This document shows positions 57,132-64,000 of a DNA stretch of 64,000 nt, one piece after another. Location of the stretch: NCBI GenBank assembly GCA_038153405.1, contig JAYOYH010000003.1, positions 66,460 through 130,459 on the forward strand. Direction: 5' to 3'. Source of the stretch: Gemmatimonadota bacterium. GTDB lineage: Bacteria; Latescibacterota; UBA2968; UBA8231. Every line of letters starts with the position of its first letter. The stretch's first letter is position 1. Under the pieces are notes generated by a model. The model did no database searches and was not told where the DNA came from. It worked only from the letters and a program-made list of their open reading frames with translations. The translations under genes and the position numbers were made by a program.

Positions 57132-59075
57132 ATGCGTTTGCCTGGCGCCCCCCACAAAAAACCCGGCGTTTCGTCCCGGGCACTGCTGATGGGTTCGGCC
57201 TGCTCCCTCATTATTGCAGCAGGCGAGCCGTATGGCGTTTTGGTGCTGAGCGGATCGCCAATGGCGGCCGACTTTTCCGCCGGGGCCGCTCTATTCCTGT
57301 TTTTCATTCTCGCCCTGTGTGTAAATCCGTTGGCTCAAGTACTGACAGGTAAGGCCCTCCGGCGAGGCGAATTGGCCACCATATACATTATGATGATTGT
57401 CGCCGCAGCCATTCCCTCCTGGGGGTTCACGATGAATCTGGTTCCCCTGTTGGGCGGATATTTCTACTACGCCACCCCGGAAAACGAGTGGGCCGCTATC
57501 ATTCAGCCTCACATACCCACCTGGCTGGTGCCCGACGACCATCACGCCATCTGGAAGTTGTTCGAAGGGGCGCGGCAGGGGGAAAGCATCCCATGGCAAA
57601 CGTGGTTTGGCCCCCTCATGGCTTGGGGCCTATTCGCGGTGACTATCTATTTCGTAACGCTCTGCCTGCTGGTCGTTCTCCGCAAACAGTGGGTCGAACG
57701 CGAACGACTCCTCTTCCCCTTGGCCACGCTGCCCCTTGAAATGTGCCAAACGGAAGAGGGCAAAAGGCTGGCGCCCTTCTTTCGCAGCCACCTCATGTGG
57801 ATTGGCTTTGCCATTCCCGCCCTCATCAATTCACTTAACGCGCTGCACGCCTTTTACAGCTTCGTGCCCCGCATTGATCTGACCAATAACATTCTCATCA
57901 TGCGCAACTCGGTTAACCTGCTCTGCACGCCGCGCTTTGAGGTGATTGGGCTGTCGTACCTGCTCAGTCTCGACGTCTCGCTCGGCGTGTGGTTCTTTGC
58001 CTTTATCGCCCTGCTGCAAACGGGTATGCAGCGCATGTTGGGATGGAGCATTGGTCCAACCCAGCCCTTTTCTGACCCGGCTCCTCCCAGCGTCGCCCAC
58101 ATGGCTTTGGGCGCCCTTTTCTTTCTGGTCGCATCGAGTTTTTGGCACAGTCGCTCGCATCTTAGAGACGTGGTGCGCAAGGCGTTCAAGGGGGACGATG
58201 CCATCGACGACAGCGAAGAGTTGCTATCCTACCGAGCCGCCATTTGGGGCATTATAGTGGGCATCGGCCTCTGTATGGCATGGCTTTTGGCCGCCGGGAT
58301 GAACGCGCACTCGGCCTTCGTCTTTCTATTCAGCGCGCTTATCATCTTCGTCGGCCTAGCTCGCATCGTGTCGCAGACGGGGTTGGCCTACGGGCGCGCT
58401 ACCGTAGCCGCGCCCATCTTCACGGTAAATGCATTGGGCACCGGCGCCATTGGACCGGCTGGACTGACCACGCTGGGCCTGAGCTTTGCGTGGGCTGCCG
58501 ACATACGCACCTTTGTTATGGCACAGGCGGCAACCGGGCTCAAGCTAGCCGAAGTGACGCGCCTCGAACACCGCCGCCTGTTTTGGGCCATTTTGCTAGC
58601 AATCGCCACCACGCTGGTCGGATCGGCTTTCGCCGTCGTGCAAATCGCCTACGCCTACGGCGGTATTAATCTGACCGGATGGCAGTTTATCGGCCTGCCC
58701 GAGTTTTCTGGCAATTGGGTCACGCGCAACATCAATAATGCACAGCCGGTCGAACTCTGGCACCTCGGATTTACGGGGTTAGGCGCCCTTATCATGTCCG
58801 GGCTGACCTACGTAAAAGCGCGCTACGTGGGCTTTCCCATCCACCCGATCGGCATGACCCTTGGTCTTACCCACCCCGTCAACCACGTGTGGTTTTCGGT
58901 TTTCTTGGCCTGGCTTTTTAAAGCGGCCATCCTCAAATACGGCGGCGCAGTGCTCTACACTCGCCTGCGCCCGCTTTTTCTCGGCCTGGTCTTAGGCACT
59001 TTTGGCTCTGCCGGTTTTTGGCTTATCGTCAGCGCGTTGACCGGCGTTAATGGCCTGGTCTTCACCCTCGGTTAG
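57132..59075 (+). CDS. DUF6785/DUF6784 polytopic membrane protein (putative transporter)
   Basis: About 16 TMs, ELATIY, YYATPENEW, RKQWVERERLLFPL, HPIG, KYGG..Y...RPLFLGL. Confidence 0.8.
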   Translation: MRLPGAPHKKPGVSSRALLMGSACSLIIAAGEPYGVLVLSGSPMAADFSAGAALFLFFILALCVNPLAQVLTGKALRRGELATIYIMMIVAAAIPSWGFTMNLVPLLGGYFYYATPENEWAAIIQPHIPTWLVPDDHHAIWKLFEGARQGESIPWQTWFGPLMAWGLFAVTIYFVTLCLLVVLRKQWVERERLLFPLATLPLEMCQTEEGKRLAPFFRSHLMWIGFAIPALINSLNALHAFYSFVPRIDLTNNILIMRNSVNLLCTPRFEVIGLSYLLSLDVSLGVWFFAFIALLQTGMQRMLGWSIGPTQPFSDPAPPSVAHMALGALFFLVASSFWHSRSHLRDVVRKAFKGDDAIDDSEELLSYRAAIWGIIVGIGLCMAWLLAAGMNAHSAFVFLFSALIIFVGLARIVSQTGLAYGRATVAAPIFTVNALGTGAIGPAGLTTLGLSFAWAADIRTFVMAQAATGLKLAEVTRLEHRRLFWAILLAIATTLVGSAFAVVQIAYAYGGINLTGWQFIGLPEFSGNWVTRNINNAQPVELWHLGFTGLGALIMSGLTYVKARYVGFPIHPIGMTLGLTHPVNHVWFSVFLAWLFKAAILKYGGAVLYTRLRPLFLGLVLGTFGSAGFWLIVSALTGVNGLVFTLG

Positions 59076-59118
59076 CCCAGCCAAGGCCTCATCGCCACTG
59101 CTCTGCTGACGGATCTTA

Positions 59119-59928
59119 TCACCATTCGTCCTCCGGCATATTGTCCCATCCCCGCTCGTCATCCTCTATGTCCACCACTTCGCACCGGCCCTCGGCCCTC
59201 TGACAGAGAGAAGCGTAGCTGCACCGCTTGCACACTTGCCCGTCCTCCGTCATCGGGAACGCAGACTCTTCGCGCGGCAGCTGGCCAATTTCTGCCAACG
59301 TTCCCTCGATCTTGGCCCTCGCCTCGTCGTGCTCCCTCGCCGAATACGAAATCGGTTCCAGCGCCGCAGGCGCGTTGGCGTGCCAGTATACCAGCACGAC
59401 GTCCTCCGGCCGCACGGCGCGTCCCCCATTGAGCATTGCCCCCGCTTCCACCGCCACAAAGCGATACACCCACGTCTGCCAGCTGGCAGCCAGATCGGTC
59501 GCGTCTGGCACGCGCTGACCCGTCTTCCAATCGCCGATGTATATTCGTCCATCCGCCGCTGCGACGATGCGATCGTATTGGGCGACCAATCGCCGAGATA
59601 GCAGCGGAACGGAGAGCTGCACTTCTGAATACACCACACCTGCAGGAAACTCGGCCGGGGTCTGAAGCCAATTTTTCCACCAGCGCACCAGCATTTCGTC
59701 TCCGCATTCCAACGCCCACGCATCGACACCGACGCCGATGCTATCCTGGTGCATCCAGTGGTGGAACTGCGCTCCGCGCTCGACGGCGCGCTCCCAAACA
59801 GCCATCTCTTCGCTTAGCGGCGCCGGCCATTCGACGCGGCACACATAGCGCAGCCAAAAGCGTCTAGGGCACTGGGCATAGGCCGATAAACTGCTCTGGC
59901 TAAAGCGAATAGTGGCGCCGTTGCTCAC
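59119..59928 (-). CDS. Stand-alone PD-(D/E)XK nuclease with 4-Cys Fe-S staple (AddB/Cas4-like)
   Basis: FSQSSL...CPRRF, G..FH, E...YD...DWKTG, Q..VY, CKRCSYASLC; GTGA overlap with helicase stop. Confidence 0.87.
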   Translation of the reverse strand: MSNGATIRFSQSSLSAYAQCPRRFWLRYVCRVEWPAPLSEEMAVWERAVERGAQFHHWMHQDSIGVGVDAWALECGDEMLVRWWKNWLQTPAEFPAGVVYSEVQLSVPLLSRRLVAQYDRIVAAADGRIYIGDWKTGQRVPDATDLAASWQTWVYRFVAVEAGAMLNGGRAVRPEDVVLVYWHANAPAALEPISYSAREHDEARAKIEGTLAEIGQLPREESAFPMTEDGQVCKRCSYASLCQRAEGRCEVVDIEDDERGWDNMPEDEW

Positions 59929-62129
59929 TGTAACGCCCTCCCCCAAAACGCACTGAGCTTTTGACAGACGACCGCCTGCCGCGTCGGGCGCATGCGCGTA
60001 GCCAACGGAATTTCGCGACTCCAGCTAATGGCCAAGTAGCGGCGCGCCCGCGTGATGGCCACGTAGAACAGACGCAGGCGCTCGGCGATCACTTCCACGT
60101 GTGCCATATCCGTAGCCGATAGACGCCCGGCCTGCCATTCGCCAATCAGGCCGAGCAGTTCGGCGCGCGCCTCTTCGCCGGGATCGCCGCCTAAAAATTC
60201 GTATTCGCCGCGAAAGTGGTCTTCCAGATCGTAGGGAAACCAATCCCGGTCGGCGCCGACGATATAGACCAAATCCCACTCTAGGCCCTTGGCCTTGTGC
60301 ATGGTTGTCAGCGAGATGCGACCGGGACGCGGGGCGAAGAGGTCGTCGTCATCCAGCGCCGCGGCGCGTCCGCGCGCGGCTAGCCCCAATTCGCGAGCGA
60401 GCTCTGGCAGGCGCCACTCCGGATTGGCATCGGTGCGGGCGCGCAAGAATGTGGCCAGCTTTTGCGCCCTCGCCATATCGGCAGCGCGAAATAGGTCCTG
60501 GGCAATGCTCATTACTAACTGGTCGACCGGCAGCGCGGCAGCGCGCAGCCAGCGGCGCATATAACGGCAAAAGACGGCGATGGCGCGCAGGTCGAGCGGA
60601 TCTATTTCGCCAACCGGAGGCAAGGCATCGCGCGGATCGCTACCCTCCCGCGGAAAGAGCAGCGCCTCCGGTCGGTAGCAACTGCGCAGCAGCGTGGCCA
60701 CCTCCTCCTCGCTGCCGGGCCCGCGCTCGTCGGGCCAGTAGGTGCGCAGCGCGCGATAGGCTCGCTCCATATGCCCGCGCTTAAGCGGTTCGGCCAAATA
60801 GGACAGAACGTGCGATAGCACGTCGCCGACCTGTCGCGCCGAGTGGGCACTTTGCAGGACTTCGTCAAAATCTACCCCCACCTCGCGCAGCACGTCGGCC
60901 ATGGCGTAACCCAAGCGGTTGGTGGGAACGAGGATGGCCAATGTAAGGTGGGGACTGCGCCGGCAAAAAGCACCGGCCCGACGCGCCACGTCGCGCATCT
61001 CGTCGCCGCGATTGTTGTATTCGCGAAAAGCGATATCGCTCTCGTTATCAAGCGGGTTTTGCTGTGGATCTTCCCCATCCGTTGGGCGAATGTGCTGTGA
61101 ACGGAATGCCCGCTCGCGCACCTCATCAAGCGCGTGTTCGCAGCAGGTCCAATCGACCAAATAATTGGCCAGTCGGATGATCTTAGGCGCACAGCGTCCC
61201 GAAATCGACATCTCCAGCGTCTGGACGTCTTCGCGCGCCAAAAATCGGCGCAAATAGCGCGGGTCAGCCGCGGTAAATGTGCTCATTATCGCTTGGTTGG
61301 GATCGCCGACGCGGATCCAGTTTCCCTCGTCCTGCCCCAACAGGGCCAGTAGGGCTTCCTGCAGCGGCACGCTGTCCTGCGCCTCGTCCTCCAACACGAT
61401 GGGCCAGCGCCTTGCCAAACGCGCGCGCAAATCGGCGTGATCTTCCAGCAAATCGACGGCACATCGCACCAAATCGGTGAAGTCGAGTCCGCCCATTGTG
61501 TCCACTTGTTGCTGATATAATTGGTATAGCTCCGCCCCAATGCGCAAAAAGAGGTTCAGCTCGTCGCCGCCCCCCGAAGCGATTCGGGCCAATAGATCGT
61601 CCGGCGACAGACGGCGGTTTTTGGCCGCGGTGATAACCGTCCATCCCACCGTCCGCGCAATAGAGCGCCATTCGCGCTCCCAGCGCTCGTCGTAATAATC
61701 GCCCGGGGCGAGCCCACCCCACGTGCGCTCGTTGCGCCCGTTCCAAATGCGCACGGCCTTGTCGAGCAGATCCGAGCTCGCGCGGTCGTCCAATACGCTG
61801 AACTCGCTGGCGACACCGGCCAGCCCCGCATTGGCCTGCACGATGCCGTAGGAGAGGCTATGCAGCGTGCGCACGTCGTAGCCGACCTGCACGTGTCCCA
61901 TCCGCTCTAGCGCCTGGCGAATGCGCGTGCGCACATTGTCGACGGCCGCCGTCTGGTAGGTGACGATCAGCACTTGCCCTGCCGCCGTCTGCCGCTGTTC
62001 GATCAAACGCGTTGCCAGGGCGACAATGGTCGCCGTCTTCCCGCTGCCCGGCACCGCTGAAACGCCCATCAAACCGCGTTCGTATTCGAGTAGTTGGCGC
62101 TGACCTTCGCGCGGCTCAAATGCGTTCAT
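59925..62129 (-). CDS. UvrD/Rep-family (SF1A) ATP-dependent helicase
   Basis: AVPGSGKT, TLHS, DEAQD, GDPNQAI, TMHKAKGLEW, YVAITRAR. Confidence 0.9.
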   Translation of the reverse strand: MNAFEPREGQRQLLEYERGLMGVSAVPGSGKTATIVALATRLIEQRQTAAGQVLIVTYQTAAVDNVRTRIRQALERMGHVQVGYDVRTLHSLSYGIVQANAGLAGVASEFSVLDDRASSDLLDKAVRIWNGRNERTWGGLAPGDYYDERWEREWRSIARTVGWTVITAAKNRRLSPDDLLARIASGGGDELNLFLRIGAELYQLYQQQVDTMGGLDFTDLVRCAVDLLEDHADLRARLARRWPIVLEDEAQDSVPLQEALLALLGQDEGNWIRVGDPNQAIMSTFTAADPRYLRRFLAREDVQTLEMSISGRCAPKIIRLANYLVDWTCCEHALDEVRERAFRSQHIRPTDGEDPQQNPLDNESDIAFREYNNRGDEMRDVARRAGAFCRRSPHLTLAILVPTNRLGYAMADVLREVGVDFDEVLQSAHSARQVGDVLSHVLSYLAEPLKRGHMERAYRALRTYWPDERGPGSEEEVATLLRSCYRPEALLFPREGSDPRDALPPVGEIDPLDLRAIAVFCRYMRRWLRAAALPVDQLVMSIAQDLFRAADMARAQKLATFLRARTDANPEWRLPELARELGLAARGRAAALDDDDLFAPRPGRISLTTMHKAKGLEWDLVYIVGADRDWFPYDLEDHFRGEYEFLGGDPGEEARAELLGLIGEWQAGRLSATDMAHVEVIAERLRLFYVAITRARRYLAISWSREIPLATRMRPTRQAVVCQKLSAFWGRALQ

Positions 62130-64000
62130 CGCTCGCCCTGCAGCACCTGTTGAACGGCCATCAGCAGCGGACTATCCTGCGCTTCACCCCGCCCCTCGCG
62201 CTCACTGGAACACAGGTAGATTCCATCGCGGCAGCGCAGGGCCAGGCCGCGCACGAGTCGGTGCAGACTTCGATTGCGCAGCGAAAAGTCAACCGCGTCA
62301 GTCCAGCGCTCTTGTCGATCCCAGCGCCGGGTCAGTACGTGGTGGTTGGTCAGCGGTTGGTGCAGCGCATCCCACCAAGCCAGCGAACCAACGTCGAGCC
62401 AGAAATGGTAGCGGGCAACGTGGCCGCTGAGCAAGTAGGTATACACCGGCGCGACCAGCGCAATGGAATCCGGAGCCGTAGCCACATCGGCGTCGGTCAA
62501 ATGCTGGGCGGCAACTACCCCCGACATGACCATTTCTGCATAGCGCAGCCCGACCTCGGCGGCGGCAAGTCCCAGCGCGGGGGCCACGCGGCGAAAGGCC
62601 GAGGCCGAGGCGATGAGTTTGCTGTAGACTGCAGCGCCGTCAGGCTCGATATGCGGCCCGGCCAGCACTTCGCCAAAGAGCCGACGAAGAAAATGGTCGA
62701 AGGGCGCCACGGCCCCCGTTCGGTAGGTCTCTAACCAGGTTTGTAGCGCGCCGTAGCGCGCCAGCGCAGCGGAACCCAAGCGTTCGACCTGCACGCCCTC
62801 TACTCCGTGCAGTGGACTCAGCGCACCCGCCGATTCGTCGTAAAACCACTGGACCAACAGTGCGGCCCGCAGCGGATCCAACGGCGCGAGGGCCAGCGTC
62901 AGGGCCTCGCACACATCAAAGGCCGTAGGCGAGGGGGACCATTGGGGATGGGCTAGGCCCGCCAGCGTCAAACAGGAACGCACGATGGGCTCTTCGCGCA
63001 GCGACTCGTAGCGTCGCACGATGGCAAAGGGGATATCGGCACCGACAAAAGCCTCGGCCAGCAAGAAGCGCAGCACGCCGTCAGCATGGGGTGCCACGAC
63101 GGCGATATCGCCGGGGGCCACACCCTTCGCAACTAAATCGACCACCCGCTGGACCACGACTTCGATCATCTGCGTGCGATAGGGCATGCGGAGCAGATCG
63201 ACGACGGCCCGGCGACTGCGCCCCGCAGAAAAGCCGGCCGGCCCCTGTCCGAGTTGCTCGCCGATGCGCCCCGCAAAATGCACTAGATCGGGCGAGGCGC
63301 ATTCCTCCTCGCGCGCGGCAATGCGCTCTCGGCACTGGGCGGCCAATTCGGCACATCCGGCGGCATCGGCACCGAGGAACGAGCGGAACCCGCCGCGATC
63401 GTCGCCTGCGAGCAGGGCCGATTCGCATCGAGGCAGCAAGCGCGCAATTAAATCGTGGGCAATCGGCACCATCTCGTCTACCGAATCGACGATGAGATGG
63501 CGATAGCGCTCGGTGAAATAGCGCCAGAACGCCTCGCGCGAAACGAGGTGACTGGTAAAGAGTTCAAATACCAATGAGGCGTCGAGCAGGCCGTGCTGCA
63601 GGCAGTGCCCTCGGAACAGTTCGATGCAGTGCTGCACCTGCTCGTAGTAGCGCAGTCGCCCGTCTTCGCCAACCCAGGCCTCGCGCAGACGCGGCCCTAC
63701 CTCCCCCAGCGGAAAGCCGCTGACAGCGGCTTTATTCAGGTCGTCCAAGAGCTGCGAGAGCACCCGCTGAGGCCGCATGGTCAGCCCCTCGAAATAGCCC
63801 TGGGCAAGGAGCGGCTGTACGAGAGTAGCGAGCGCGTACTGCGCCGACTCGTAATTGAGAAAGACGGGCGCTTTTTCCGGCGCAGCAAAGCCCGCATCGG
63901 CGGCGACCAATGGCCAGAAGAGGCGAATGAGCCGCATGGCCAAGCCGTAATACGTCTGCAGTTCGACTTCGCTGTTGGGCCCCCATTCGAGCTGCCCCAT
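62126..64000 (-). CDS. Degenerate UvrD-like helicase partner (5' end outside window)
   Basis: Remnants TYYGL, YRHLIVDSVDE, GFRSFLGAD, DIAVVAP, L..RCR..IYL; no canonical later helicase motifs; ATGA overlap with the next gene. Confidence 0.7.
   Translation of the reverse strand: MGQLEWGPNSEVELQTYYGLAMRLIRLFWPLVAADAGFAAPEKAPVFLNYESAQYALATLVQPLLAQGYFEGLTMRPQRVLSQLLDDLNKAAVSGFPLGEVGPRLREAWVGEDGRLRYYEQVQHCIELFRGHCLQHGLLDASLVFELFTSHLVSREAFWRYFTERYRHLIVDSVDEMVPIAHDLIARLLPRCESALLAGDDRGGFRSFLGADAAGCAELAAQCRERIAAREEECASPDLVHFAGRIGEQLGQGPAGFSAGRSRRAVVDLLRMPYRTQMIEVVVQRVVDLVAKGVAPGDIAVVAPHADGVLRFLLAEAFVGADIPFAIVRRYESLREEPIVRSCLTLAGLAHPQWSPSPTAFDVCEALTLALAPLDPLRAALLVQWFYDESAGALSPLHGVEGVQVERLGSAALARYGALQTWLETYRTGAVAPFDHFLRRLFGEVLAGPHIEPDGAAVYSKLIASASAFRRVAPALGLAAAEVGLRYAEMVMSGVVAAQHLTDADVATAPDSIALVAPVYTYLLSGHVARYHFWLDVGSLAWWDALHQPLTNHHVLTRRWDRQERWTDAVDFSLRNRSLHRLVRGLALRCRDGIYLCSSEREGRGEAQDSPLLMAVQQVLQGER

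Noticed and set aside
59119..59928. Cas4-like nuclease suggesting CRISPR-Cas
   Set aside because: No repeat-spacer array or cas1/cas2 in the window; it is coupled to helicases instead

Overview
Gene-dense bacterial chromosomal segment with no rRNA, tRNA, CRISPR array or mobile element visible. The gene content (FlgD/T9SS-like C-terminal domains, CRTAC1/UnbV proteins, DUF6785, PhyH) suggests an FCB-group organism such as Ca. Latescibacterota; this is inference. 1-24.8 kb is mixed housekeeping and accessory genes: a K+ channel, a heme-c MCP, an SDR/PhyH/MBL trio, a GT-C-like membrane protein, an ABC-2 pair with DUF420, orphan fliS and fliM on divergent sigma28/sigma70 promoters, an ARPP-1-like gene, mltG, pcrA and mtaB-miaB. 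24.9-28.3 kb encodes a secreted diheme cytochrome c and a PQQ-type dehydrogenase. The most striking part is a ~28 kb minus-strand cluster (56762 to 28384) of 15 envelope or secreted genes. It contains a CBM9/DOMON-like lead protein ending in a short TAVE-x2-SWGxxK tail, a lipoprotein, five paralogous 650-810 aa proteins ending in a (F/V)TPNGDGxND Ig domain and V(A/V)Y, a probable Ca-binding outer-membrane barrel, a PpiC foldase, three TPR proteins and three CRTAC1/UnbV proteins. It looks like an uncharacterised surface-assembly or secretion system. The window ends with a coupled trio of a degenerate helicase, an active UvrD helicase and a stand-alone Fe-S PD-(D/E)XK nuclease, resembling a split AdnAB/AddAB. 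All family calls come from motif recognition by eye, not from database searches.
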